A stretch of DNA of 64,000 nucleotides from Candidatus Eiseniibacteriota bacterium (GTDB lineage Bacteria; Eisenbacteria; RBG-16-71-46). Below are positions 1 through 9,648 of the stretch, in pieces. Position 1 is the stretch's first letter. Each line of letters opens with the position of its first letter. The DNA lies in contig CAVZLN010000003.1 in NCBI GenBank assembly GCA_963776245.1, positions 480,001-544,000 of the forward strand, written 5' to 3'. The notes beneath the pieces were generated by a model, which searched no databases, was not told the DNA's origin, and was given only the letters and a program-made list of their open reading frames with translations. The position numbers were made by a program, and so were the translations under genes.

Positions 1-1052
1 AGCCGCGCCAGTGCCTCGCGCTCGTCGATGGCGATCGGTTCGTCCGTGAGATTGCCGCTGGTGGCCACCACCGGGCGTCCGACGGCGCGCAGCAACAGGT
101 GATGGAGCGGGGTGTAGGCCAGCATCACGCCCACGGTCGCCAGTCCCGGAGCCACGCCGGCGGCGATCGGGGCGCCGGCCCGCCGTGGCAGCAGCACGAT
201 CGGCGCCGCGCTCGAAGACAGCACGGCCGCGGCCGGGTCGCTCACCTCGGCGAGCGTGTGCACCTGCCCGAGGTCGCGGCACATCACGGCGAGCGGCTTC
301 TGCTGGCGCGCCTTGCCCGCGCGCAGCCGGTCGACCGCGGCGCCGTCCGCGGCGTCGCACATCAGGTGGAAGCCCCCCAGTCCCTTGACCGCGACGATGC
401 GCCCCGCGCGCAGCGCCGCCGCGGCGCCCGCGAGCGCCTCGTCGCCCACGGCCTGCACCGCGCCCCGTCCGTCCCACAGCGCGAGCCGCGGTCCGCACGC
501 GGGGCAGGCGATCGGTTGCGCGTGGAAGCGGCGGTCGAGCGGGTCCTCGTACTCGCGGCGACAGTCCGCGCATGGCGTGAAGTCACGCATGGTGGTGCGG
601 GGGCGGTCGTAGGGCAGCGCGCGGATGATCGAGAAGCGCGGGCCGCAGTCGGTGCAATTGGTGAACGGATAGCCGTGGCGGCGCTCGCGCGGGTCGAGCA
701 CCTCGGCGAGGCACGCGGCGCAGGTCGCCAGCTCGGGCAGCATCACCGTGCTCCGCTCGCCGCCGGCGTCGCTGGCCCGGATCTCGAACCCGGCGAGGCC
801 CGCCGCGGGCATCCATGCGTGCTCGAGCGCGTCCACGCGCGCCGCCGGCGGAGCCTCCGCGCCCACCCGCGCGAGGAAGTCCTCGAGCGCGGCGCGCGGC
901 CCCTCGACCTCGGCCAGCACGCCCCGGGCGCCGTTCGCCACCCATCCGGCGAGCGAGAGGTCCGCGGCGAGACGGAAGATGAAGGGGCGGAAGCCCACCC
1001 CCTGCACCGCGCCATGGACCTCGACGCGCAGGCGGGCGGGGCCGGGGGGCAA
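1..1052 (-). CDS. hypF: Carbamoyltransferase HypF, 5' part (runs off the left edge of the window)
   Basis: Manual translation from TTG at 1052 gives the acylphosphatase motif HGAVQGVGFRPF and the zinc fingers ATCAAC...YPFTNCTDCGPRFSII and PCADC...RRFHAQPIACPACGP. Not in the ORF track because it has no stop inside the window. Confidence 0.93.
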   Translation of the reverse strand, partial: MPPGPARLRVEVHGAVQGVGFRPFIFRLAADLSLAGWVANGARGVLAEVEGPRAALEDFLARVGAEAPPAARVDALEHAWMPAAGLAGFEIRASDAGGERSTVMLPELATCAACLAEVLDPRERRHGYPFTNCTDCGPRFSIIRALPYDRPRTTMRDFTPCADCRREYEDPLDRRFHAQPIACPACGPRLALWDGRGAVQAVGDEALAGAAAALRAGRIVAVKGLGGFHLMCDAADGAAVDRLRAGKARQQKPLAVMCRDLGQVHTLAEVSDPAAAVLSSSAAPIVLLPRRAGAPIAAGVAPGLATVGVMLAYTPLHHLLLRAVGRPVVATSGNLTDEPIAIDEREALAR

Positions 1053-1055
1053 TTC

Positions 1056-2117
1056 CTACCTCCAGCCCTCGCGCACCGCGCGCTCGTAGGCGGGCCAGTA
1101 CGGGTCGGCCTCCGGCGCGTCGATGCGCCGCACCGTGCCGTCCGGCTCGGTGAGCCACAGCACGCCGCCGCCCTTCAGCACCTCGCCCACCTCGGCCGCC
1201 TCGATCCCGCTGGCGCGGAGCGAATCGAGCAGCGCCACGACCGCGTGCGGACGCACCGTGGCGATGAGCGTGCCGGTGGACAGCGCCCAGCCGGGGTCGG
1301 CGATGCCGAACACCTCGCACACCGCGCGCACCTCGGCGGCGATCGGAAGGCGCGCGCGTTCGACGCGCAGGTCGCCGCCACACGCCTGCGCCAGCTCCAC
1401 CAGGCCGCCGAGCACGCCGCCCTCGGTGGCATCGTGCAGCGCGGTCACGCCGTGCTCGCGCACCCCCACGCGCACCGCGGCGCGGCAGTCCTCGACCACG
1501 CTCACGCGCGGCAGCAGCGCGCGCACGCGCTCGAGCGCCTCGGGCTCGAGCACCGTCGCCAGGCGCTCCGGGAACAGCTGCGCGGCGACCGCCGCGGTCT
1601 CGATCGCGCAGCCCTTGGTGACCACGATGCGGTCCCCGGCGCGCGCCATGGACGGCGAGATCCAGCGGCCCTCGTCCCCGACGCCCACCAGGGTCGCGGC
1701 GCCGACGATCGACAGGTCGCAACCGTCGTAGCGGCCGGTATGACCGGTGACCACCGCGACGCCGAGGCGCGCCCACTCCTCGCTCATCGCCTCCCAGTAG
1801 GCCTCGAAGATGGCGTCGTCGAGCCGTGGCGAGAGCGCGAAGGACACCGAGGCGTAGGCGGGCGGGATCCCGGTCGTCCACAGGTCGGAGGCCAGCAGAT
1901 GGCAGGACATGCGCGCCGACCGCGCCGGTCCGAGCGCGGGGATGAGCGAGAGCGGATCGGTGGTCATCGCCATCACGCGGCCGGCGCCGACGCGCACGAT
2001 CGCCGCGTCGCAGCCCGGCTTCGGCCCCGCCAGCACCTCGGCGCGCGGGGCGCCGAGACCGGAGGAGACGATGCGGGACAGCACCTCGGGAGCGACCTTG
2101 CCCAGTCGGGGTTCCAT
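1056..2117 (-). CDS. AIR synthase/HypE-like family protein
   Basis: GCDAA, TTDP, SDL, VVTGHT and LHDATEGG motifs of the PurM/HypE fold. Lacks the C-terminal PRIC of true HypE. Confidence 0.8.
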   Translation of the reverse strand: MEPRLGKVAPEVLSRIVSSGLGAPRAEVLAGPKPGCDAAIVRVGAGRVMAMTTDPLSLIPALGPARSARMSCHLLASDLWTTGIPPAYASVSFALSPRLDDAIFEAYWEAMSEEWARLGVAVVTGHTGRYDGCDLSIVGAATLVGVGDEGRWISPSMARAGDRIVVTKGCAIETAAVAAQLFPERLATVLEPEALERVRALLPRVSVVEDCRAAVRVGVREHGVTALHDATEGGVLGGLVELAQACGGDLRVERARLPIAAEVRAVCEVFGIADPGWALSTGTLIATVRPHAVVALLDSLRASGIEAAEVGEVLKGGGVLWLTEPDGTVRRIDAPEADPYWPAYERAVREGWR

Positions 2118-2177
2118 CCGCGCACTCTAGCAGGCCGCTCAAGCGCCCGATCGCCGGACGCGCCGCGGGGCCCGCGC

Positions 2178-2849
2178 TCAGCGATCGAGCGAGCGCTCGT
2201 CGATCACGCCCTGCGCCGCGCCGTCGGCCAGCAGCCAGGCCACGGCCCGCCCGGTCCGTTCGGCGGCAGGCCCGTCGGCGCCACCGAGCGCGGCGGTGGT
2301 GAGGACGAAGAACTCGGTGCCGGGTCGCGCCGCGCCGCGCAACAGCGTCACCAGCCCTTCGGCGAAGACGCGCCCGAGCGCGAGCGCGTCCGGGCGGTCC
2401 CCGTCGCGCGGCGGCGCGGCGAGCATCGCGACCCGCTTCACCGGCGCCGCGCCGTTGAGATGGCGCAGCAGGCCGAGCACGAACAGTCCGGGGGCGGCGG
2501 TGTTGCCACGCAGCGCGGCGTGCGCCGACTCGGCGTCGAGCGTGTTGAGCCAGCCGTCGCCGGGCACGGCATGCGCCGACACCAGATGATCGATGCCGCC
2601 GAACTCCCGCCGCGCCACCGCGGCGATGCGCGCCAGCGTGGCCGGATCATCGGGCGCGCCGGTGGCGGTGCGCAGATGGGGGACGGTCTCGGGGTCCATG
2701 TCGAGGTAGAACCGCTCGGCCGCCTCGTCCGAGGCCACCGGCACCACCACCCGGGCGCCCGAGAAGAGCAGCGTGCGCGTCACCGCGGCGCCCGCGCCGG
2801 CGGCCCCGCCACTCACCGCGACGACCTGGTCCTTCAGCCGTGGAAGCAT
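2178..2849 (-). CDS. Atypical SDR-family (Rossmann-fold) protein
   Basis: MLPRLKDQVVAVSGGAAGAG, FGGIDHLVS. No YxxxK catalytic motif seen. 3' part of ORF 2178..4250. Confidence 0.65.
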   Translation of the reverse strand: MLPRLKDQVVAVSGGAAGAGAAVTRTLLFSGARVVVPVASDEAAERFYLDMDPETVPHLRTATGAPDDPATLARIAAVARREFGGIDHLVSAHAVPGDGWLNTLDAESAHAALRGNTAAPGLFVLGLLRHLNGAAPVKRVAMLAAPPRDGDRPDALALGRVFAEGLVTLLRGAARPGTEFFVLTTAALGGADGPAAERTGRAVAWLLADGAAQGVIDERSLDR

Positions 2850-2983
2850 GCGGTCCCCTTTCGACCGCGGAAGTCTCGCACAGACGGCGGCGCTCCAGCG
2901 AGCGGTCGCGGCGTGGCGCGCGGAGACGGGGAGCCGGCCGGCGAACGCCGCGCGGGGGGTTCCCGGGGAGACGCCCGGGGGGA

Positions 2984-4300
2984 CTACCGGCGCATCCGCC
3001 AGACCAGCAGCGGCGGCGTGAGCAGGGTGGTGAGGACCACCATGATGACCACCGCCGAGTACACCGCGTCGCCCACCACGCGCTCGCCGGCGATGGTGAG
3101 CGTCGCGCCGATGCTGGCGAAGATCAGCCCGACCTCGCCGCGCGGGATCATGCCGAGCCCGACCGCCAGCCGGTCGGCGCCCGGCTCGAGCACCCCGAGC
3201 GAGCACGCCTGCTTGCCGACCACCGCGGCCACCGTGAGCGCGGCGGCGAACCCGAGCACGGCGGTGTTCGCGAACACCGACAGATCCACGCGCAGCCCCA
3301 TGAGCACGAAGAACACCGGCACCAGGAACGTGGCCAGCGGCTTGATGAGCTGGTGGATGCTGCGCCGTTCCGCATCGCGCGCGCGCAACTCGACGTAGTG
3401 CGCGTCCTCGAGGATGAGCCCGCCCGCGAACGCGCCGACGATGGGCGCAAGTCCGACCACCTGGGCGAGCCACGCGAACGCGAAGCAGAACCCGAGCGCG
3501 AGCGAGAGCAGCACGCCGTCGCCCCGGAGCTGATTGCCGAGCCGGAACACGGTGCGCGAGAGCCCGCGGCCCACGACCAGGGCGACCAGCAGGAAACCGA
3601 ACGCCTTGGCGCTGATCCACACCGCCTGGACCGGCTGGAACGCGCCGCCGTGGTCCACCGCCTGGATGATCCCCGAGACCACGGCGAGCACGATCAGCCC
3701 GAGCACGTCGTCGATCACGGCCGCGCCCAGGATGATGCGGCCCTCGACGCTGCTGGCCCGGCCGATGTCGGACAGTACGCGCGCGGTGATCCCCACGCTG
3801 GTGGCGCTCAGCGTCGCGCCCACGAACCAGTGAGTGAGTGGGTCGTGGGTGGGGAAGAAGAGCCGCGAGGTGCCCCAGCCCAGCACCATCGGCGCGACCA
3901 CGCCGAGCATGGCGACCAGGAACGCCGACGCGCCTACCTTGCGCATCGTGGTCACGTCCGACTCGAGCCCGACCTCGAACAGCAGGAAGAGCACGCCCAG
4001 CTGCGCCAGCACGTCGAGCATCGGGAGCCCGCGCAGCACGTCGAACCCGTGGAACCCCGCCAGGCCGAGGTTGCCCAGCAGGATCCCCGCGCCGAGCTCG
4101 CCCAGCACCGCGGGCTGGCCGAACCGCTCGAACAGCGAGCCGCCGAGACGCGCCCCGACCAGGATGAGCACCAGTGCGAGCAGCAGGGGCCCGATATCCA
4201 CTCCGCCCGAACCGGAGGACGCCCACGCCACGCCGGCGGCGAGCAACCACCCGCCGGCGATCGGCAGGAACAGGGCGCGGGACGGTCGGCGGAGGCGCAT
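2984..4300 (-). CDS. Cation:proton antiporter (CPA2, NapA/KefB-like)
   Basis: About 12 hydrophobic segments; QPAVLGEL, LFEVGLE, ATSVGIT, AAVIDDVLG, GMIPRGEV. Confidence 0.9.
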   Translation of the reverse strand: MRLRRPSRALFLPIAGGWLLAAGVAWASSGSGGVDIGPLLLALVLILVGARLGGSLFERFGQPAVLGELGAGILLGNLGLAGFHGFDVLRGLPMLDVLAQLGVLFLLFEVGLESDVTTMRKVGASAFLVAMLGVVAPMVLGWGTSRLFFPTHDPLTHWFVGATLSATSVGITARVLSDIGRASSVEGRIILGAAVIDDVLGLIVLAVVSGIIQAVDHGGAFQPVQAVWISAKAFGFLLVALVVGRGLSRTVFRLGNQLRGDGVLLSLALGFCFAFAWLAQVVGLAPIVGAFAGGLILEDAHYVELRARDAERRSIHQLIKPLATFLVPVFFVLMGLRVDLSVFANTAVLGFAAALTVAAVVGKQACSLGVLEPGADRLAVGLGMIPRGEVGLIFASIGATLTIAGERVVGDAVYSAVVIMVVLTTLLTPPLLVWRMRR

Positions 4301-4397
4301 GGCGAGGGTTTGTATCGCATCCGCGCGCGCAGGTCGAGCGGCGCGGCCGGGGCGCGACGACGATCCGCTCGCCGTCCCGCCCCGGTGCGGCGCCGTG

Positions 4398-4760
4398 CTA
4401 CCTCACGATCACCCGGCCCTTGATCATGTTCATCGCGCACGCGTATTCGAGCGTCCCCGGCTGGGAGGGCGTGAACGTCACCTCGACGGCCTGGTCGAGC
4501 GGCAGCGCCTGCCGGATGTCCATGGCCGGCATCACCATCTCGGTGGCGCACGTCTTGTCGGTCCGGCGCGTGACCACCAGCGTCACCGGCTGGCCCGCGG
4601 CGACGGTCACCTCGGCCGGCACGAAGCCCGCTTCGGTGACCGAGATCGCCACCGGGCCGTCCGTCGCACCGCCGGCGGCGCCCGTCTTCGCGCCGCCGCA
4701 GCCCGCCACCAGCGCCGCGGTGATCGCGGCGGCCACCAGCATCCAGGTCATCTTCTTCAT
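4398..4760 (-). CDS. Cupredoxin-domain lipoprotein (CupA-like copper-binding)
   Basis: Signal with lipobox LVAGC; GFVPAEVTV, TCATEMVMP, YACAMNMIKG; RBS GGAG upstream. Confidence 0.85.
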   Translation of the reverse strand: MKKMTWMLVAAAITAALVAGCGGAKTGAAGGATDGPVAISVTEAGFVPAEVTVAAGQPVTLVVTRRTDKTCATEMVMPAMDIRQALPLDQAVEVTFTPSQPGTLEYACAMNMIKGRVIVR

Positions 4761-4780
4761 GGAGGTCTCCCTTCGCCTTC

Positions 4781-7700
4781 TCACGGCGCCGTCCGGGCCG
4801 CGCGCTGTTCGCGCTTCCACTGGGCATGACGCCAGTACGTGTACACCACCGGGATGATCTCGAGCGTGAGGAACGCCGAGGTGAACAGGCCGCCCACCAT
4901 CGGGGCGGCGACACGCTTCATGACGTCGGCGCCGGCGCCCTGGGACCACAGCAGGGGGACCAGTCCGATCATCATGGTGGCGACGGTCATGAGCTTCGGG
5001 CGCACCCGCTGGACCGAACCGTCGAGGGTCGCCTCCACGATGTCGTCGAGCCCGCGGATCCGGCCCGCGGCCTTGCGCTTGAGATAGGCGCCGTCGCAAT
5101 ACACCACCATCACCACGCCGGTCTGCGTCGCCAGCCCCACCAGCGCGATGATGCCCACCCACGAGGCGGTGGAGAGGTGGTGGCCGAGCGCGGCCATCAA
5201 CCAGACGCTGCCGACCAGTGCGAACGGCACCGCGGCGAGCACGATCATCGCCTGCGCCAGATTGCCGAACGCGAGGTAGAGCAGCACCACCACGATCACC
5301 AGCGTGAGCGGCACCACGATGCGCATGCGCGCCTGCATCTGCTGGAGCAGCTCGTACTGTCCCGTCCACCGGAGCGTATAGCCGGGCGGGACGCGCACCT
5401 GGCGCGCGACCACGCGCTTGGCCTGGTCCACGTACGAGCCGATGTCCTGCCGCGCCGCGTCCATGTCCACGTACACGTAGCCGGTGAGCATGCCGCTCTC
5501 GTCGCGGATCATGGGTGGACCGGTGACGATGCGGATGTCGGCGAGCTGGCCGAGCGGGACGTGCGGCCCGCCGGTCTCGGTCCAGCGCCCGGAATCGAGC
5601 CGCACGGGCGGGCCCGCCGGTGCCGGCGCGTCCCCCGGGCCGCCCATCGGCGCGCCGCCGCCGCTCATCCCGCCGCCCGGGGGCGTGCCGCCGCGGCGCG
5701 TGTCGCCCCCTCCCATGCCGCCCATGGACTGGGCGAGGTCGTCCGCGCCGGCGTCCGAGAGCCCGGCGCTCGCGAGCAGTCCGCCCGCCTCGGTCGCGGG
5801 CGCGACGCCCATCGTGCCACCCATGGCGCCGGACGGCGCCGCGCCCCCGCCCTTCAGCGGCACCAGCACGCGGCGCAGGTGGTCGAGGTCCTGGCGCAGG
5901 TCCGCCGGGTAGCGCACGTTGATGGTGAACCGGTCACGCCCCTGGATGGCGACCTCGATCGGCTGCCCGCCCACCGCGGCCTCGATGACGTCCTGCACCT
6001 CGCCCATCGTCAGGCCGTAGCGCGCCAGCGCCTCGCGGCGCGGGATGATGTCGAGGTAGAAGCCGCCCGTGTTGCGGTCGGAGTACACGCTCCGGGTGTT
6101 CGGCACCGCCCCGATCGCGCGTTCCAGATCCATGCCGATGCGCTCGATGGTGTCGAGATCGGCCCCGAACACCTTCACCCCGATGGGGGTCCGGATGCCG
6201 GTCGAGAGCATGTCGATGCGCGTCTTGATCGGCATGGTCCACGCGTTGGTCCAGCCGGGCATCTGGACCGCGCGATTGAGCGCCTCGGTCAGCTCCGTGG
6301 GCGTCATGCGGTGGCGGTCGGGCCATGCCACCCGCAGCGCCGGATGGGTCCATCCGGGCGCGCGGCCGCTCCACCAGCGGTGCGTCGGGACCTCGCGCCA
6401 CTGCTCGCGCGGGCGCAGTTTCACCACGGTCTCCACCATCGACAGGGGCGCGGGGTCGGTGGCGGTCTCGGCCCGGCCGGCCTTGCCGAAGACGGTCTCC
6501 ACCTCGGGGAACGAGCGGATGATGCGGTCCTGCACCTGCAGGTTGTGCTTCGCCTCCTCGATCGAGATGTTCGGGAACGTGGTCGGCATGTAGAGCACGT
6601 CGCCTTCGTTGAGCGGAGGCATGAACTCGTGCCCGAGCCGCATCGCCATCGGCACCGCCGAGAGCACCGCGGCGAGCCCGATGGCGAGGGTGGTGCGCGG
6701 GTTCTTGAGCGCCACCCACGCGAACGGGCGGTACACCGCGATCATCGCGCGCGAGACCGGGTGGTCCTTCTCGTGGCGGATGCGCCCGCGGATGAACAGC
6801 GTCATCAGAGCGGGCGCCAGGGTGACCGAGACCAGCGCCGCGAACGCCATCGCGAAGGTCTTGGTGTAGGCCAGCGGCTTGAACAGCCGCCCGGCCTGGC
6901 CGTTGAGCGCGAAGATCGGCAGGAACGCGACCGTGATGATGAGCAGCGCGAAGAAGATGGGCGGGCCCACCTCCTTGGCCGCATCGATCAGCACCCGGCG
7001 CCGGTCCGCGCCGGGCGGCGCCGATTCGAGGTGCTTGTGCGCGTTCTCCACCAGCACGATGGCCGCGTCCACCATCGCCCCGACGGCGATGGCGATGCCG
7101 CCGAGACTCATGATGTTCGAGTTGATGCCGAGGAAATGCATCGGCACGAACGCCAGCGCCACCGCCACCGGCAGCGAGAGCACCGGCACCAGCGTGCTGC
7201 GCACGTGGAGCAGGAAGACGAAGATGACCAGGCTCACCACGATCCCTTCCTCGAGCAGGGTGTGGCGCAGGGTCTCGATGGCGCGGCGGATGAGGTCGGA
7301 GCGGTCGTACACGATGCGCAGCTCGACGCCGGGCGGGAACGACGAGCGCACGTCGCGCAGGCGCTGCTTCACGCGCTCGATGACCTGGAGCGCGTTCTCG
7401 CCGTAGCGCATCACCACGGTGCCGCCGACCGCTTCGCCCTCGCCGTCGAGCTCCGCGACCCCGCGGCGGATGTCGGGACCGAAGCTGACCCGGCCCACGT
7501 CGGCGATCCGCACCGGGGTGCCGGTGGCGCGGTCCACCCCGAGCGCCACCTGGCGCAGGTCGCCGAGGTCCTTCACGTACCCGCGTCCGCGCACGAAGTA
7601 CTCGCGTCCCGACATCTCGATCACGCGCCCGCCGACGTCGGCGTTGCTGCGCCGGATCGCGGAAGTCACGTCGGCGAGCGAGAGGCCGTGGGCGTGCAGC

Positions 7701-8284
7701 CGCGCCGGGTCCACCTCGACCTGGTACTGGCGCTGATAGCCGCCCACCGAGGCCACCTCGGCCACGCCGGGGACGCTCGCCAGCGCGTAGCGCAGGTTGA
7801 AGTCCTGGAACGTGCGCAGGTCGGCGAGGTCGTGCTTCCCGGTCTTGTCCACCAGCGCGTACTGGAACACCCAGCCCACCGAGGTGGCGTCGGGCCCGAG
7901 GACCGGGCTCACTCCCCGCGGCAGCCGGTCGCGGATGGTGCTCAGGTACTCGAGCACCCGGCTGCGGGCCCAGTAGAGGTCGGTGCCCTCCTCGAAGATG
8001 ACGTAGATGAAGCTCATCCCGAACATCGACTGGCCACGCACCGCCACCACCCGGGGCGCCGCGAGCAGCGACGAGACCACCGGGTAGGTCACCTGGTCCT
8101 CGACCAGGTCGGGGCTCCTGCCCATCCACTCGGTGAAGACGATGACCTGCGGGTCGGACAGGTCGGGGATGGCGTCGAGCGGCACCTTCTTCACCGCCAC
8201 CAGCGCGGCCGCCAGCACCAGCACGGTGGCGATGATGACCGCCGCGCGATGGGTGGCACAGGTCTCGATGACGCGCCCGATCAT
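4781..8284 (-). CDS. cusA: CusA/CzcA-family heavy-metal RND permease (Cu/Ag type)
   Basis: LDAIPDLSDPQVIV, LGPDATSVGWV, GAMVDAAIV, EFMPPLNEG, RVRPKLMT. Confidence 0.95.
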   Translation of the reverse strand: MIGRVIETCATHRAAVIIATVLVLAAALVAVKKVPLDAIPDLSDPQVIVFTEWMGRSPDLVEDQVTYPVVSSLLAAPRVVAVRGQSMFGMSFIYVIFEEGTDLYWARSRVLEYLSTIRDRLPRGVSPVLGPDATSVGWVFQYALVDKTGKHDLADLRTFQDFNLRYALASVPGVAEVASVGGYQRQYQVEVDPARLHAHGLSLADVTSAIRRSNADVGGRVIEMSGREYFVRGRGYVKDLGDLRQVALGVDRATGTPVRIADVGRVSFGPDIRRGVAELDGEGEAVGGTVVMRYGENALQVIERVKQRLRDVRSSFPPGVELRIVYDRSDLIRRAIETLRHTLLEEGIVVSLVIFVFLLHVRSTLVPVLSLPVAVALAFVPMHFLGINSNIMSLGGIAIAVGAMVDAAIVLVENAHKHLESAPPGADRRRVLIDAAKEVGPPIFFALLIITVAFLPIFALNGQAGRLFKPLAYTKTFAMAFAALVSVTLAPALMTLFIRGRIRHEKDHPVSRAMIAVYRPFAWVALKNPRTTLAIGLAAVLSAVPMAMRLGHEFMPPLNEGDVLYMPTTFPNISIEEAKHNLQVQDRIIRSFPEVETVFGKAGRAETATDPAPLSMVETVVKLRPREQWREVPTHRWWSGRAPGWTHPALRVAWPDRHRMTPTELTEALNRAVQMPGWTNAWTMPIKTRIDMLSTGIRTPIGVKVFGADLDTIERIGMDLERAIGAVPNTRSVYSDRNTGGFYLDIIPRREALARYGLTMGEVQDVIEAAVGGQPIEVAIQGRDRFTINVRYPADLRQDLDHLRRVLVPLKGGGAAPSGAMGGTMGVAPATEAGGLLASAGLSDAGADDLAQSMGGMGGGDTRRGGTPPGGGMSGGGAPMGGPGDAPAPAGPPVRLDSGRWTETGGPHVPLGQLADIRIVTGPPMIRDESGMLTGYVYVDMDAARQDIGSYVDQAKRVVARQVRVPPGYTLRWTGQYELLQQMQARMRIVVPLTLVIVVVLLYLAFGNLAQAMIVLAAVPFALVGSVWLMAALGHHLSTASWVGIIALVGLATQTGVVMVVYCDGAYLKRKAAGRIRGLDDIVEATLDGSVQRVRPKLMTVATMMIGLVPLLWSQGAGADVMKRVAAPMVGGLFTSAFLTLEIIPVVYTYWRHAQWKREQRAARTAP

Positions 8285-9648
8285 CTCGCGCCCCCGTGAA
8301 CGTGCGGCGCCGGGACCGCGGCGCCCGCGCCGCCGGCCTGCGCGCCGAAGCCCTCGAGGGCGGCCTTGAGACGGCTCTCGGAGTCGATCAGGAACGACGC
8401 GCTCGCCACCACGGTGTCGCCGGCGGCCAGTCCGCGGGTGATCTCGGCCCAGTCGTCGTCGCCGGTCCCGAGCCCCACCTGGCGGGGCTCGAAGTGGCCA
8501 CCCGCGTGCGCGACGAACACGTAGTCGTGCGTGCCGCTGTGCACCACGGCCTCGTCCGGCACCGCCAGCACCACGCGCGCCCGGGCGCCGACGCGGACGT
8601 CACCGTACATGCCCGGCCGCAGTGCTCCGTCGCGGTTCTCCAGTGCCAGCCGCGCCTTCACCGTGCGCGATTCGCCCGAGACCGTCGGATACACGAACTC
8701 CACCCGCGACTCGAACACGCGCCCGCGCGCGCCGTCGGTGGTGAAGGTGGCGGGGTCCCCGACGCGCACGCGCGACAGGTCCATCTCGTAGAGGTCGGCG
8801 AGCACCCACACCCGCGACAGATCGGCGACCGTGAGGAGCGGGGTGTCCGCGCCGACGTACTGGCCCTCGACCACGCCGCGCTCGAGCACCGTGCCCGAGA
8901 ATGGCGCGGTCAGGGTGAGCCGGGTCGAGGCGCGGCTTTCGCGCTCGAGGCGTTCGAGCTCGTCGTCGGGCACTCCCAGCAGCGACAGGCGCTGGTGGCC
9001 GGCTGCCGGGCCGCTCAGCGCGTGATCCATGCCGGGCATGGCGGCGCGCGCCGAGCGCTCGATCAGGTACTCGCTCTCGCTCTGGAACAGCTCGGGACTG
9101 TAGATCTGGAGCAGCGGCTGCCCGGCGCGCACGGTCGATCCGGTGCGGCTCACCTGCAGCGACTGGACCCAGCCCGAGACGCGCAGTTGCACGCGGCTGA
9201 GGCGGGACTCGTCGGGAGTGACGAAGCCCACCAGGCTCACCTGGGCGTCGAGCGCGCGACGCGCGGCGATCGCGGTGCGCACGCCGATGAGCTGGGTGCG
9301 TTCGGGCGCCAGGGTCACGCCCACCAGACCGGGCACATCGCCGTTCGAATGCCCCGCGTGGGCGTCGGCGCTCACCCGTTCCAGGTCCATCCCGCAGATC
9401 GGGCACTGCCCGGGCCGGTCGGAGGTGTAGGCCGGATGCATCGGACAGTGGTAGAGCGCGGCCTTCGTGGCGGTGCTGGTGCGGCCTTCGCCGAGGCGCC
9501 ACGCCACGTACGACGCCACGCTGACGGCGGCGAGCAGCAGCAGTCCGGCGAACAGCACCCAGCGCACGATGTTCATGAGCCCGGCGCCGGGGGGCGTCGG
9601 ATGCACTGCGGCCGGCGGGGTCGGGGTGTCACGAGGATCGGGATTCAT
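8281..9648 (-). CDS. cusB: CusB-like RND periplasmic adaptor with heavy-metal-binding domain
   Basis: YHCPMHP...CPICGMDL domain followed by membrane-fusion-protein body; FLIDSES. Overlaps cusA start by 4 nt. Confidence 0.9.
   Translation of the reverse strand: MNPDPRDTPTPPAAVHPTPPGAGLMNIVRWVLFAGLLLLAAVSVASYVAWRLGEGRTSTATKAALYHCPMHPAYTSDRPGQCPICGMDLERVSADAHAGHSNGDVPGLVGVTLAPERTQLIGVRTAIAARRALDAQVSLVGFVTPDESRLSRVQLRVSGWVQSLQVSRTGSTVRAGQPLLQIYSPELFQSESEYLIERSARAAMPGMDHALSGPAAGHQRLSLLGVPDDELERLERESRASTRLTLTAPFSGTVLERGVVEGQYVGADTPLLTVADLSRVWVLADLYEMDLSRVRVGDPATFTTDGARGRVFESRVEFVYPTVSGESRTVKARLALENRDGALRPGMYGDVRVGARARVVLAVPDEAVVHSGTHDYVFVAHAGGHFEPRQVGLGTGDDDWAEITRGLAAGDTVVASASFLIDSESRLKAALEGFGAQAGGAGAAVPAPHVHGGAR

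Noticed and set aside
99..3398. 1099-aa plus-strand ORF and many other long ORFs antisense to real genes (e.g. 4826..8299, 21951..24830, 51619..54390, 59022..61769)
   Set aside because: Arg/Gly/Ala-rich shadow frames expected in very GC-rich DNA; the opposite strand carries recognisable proteins.
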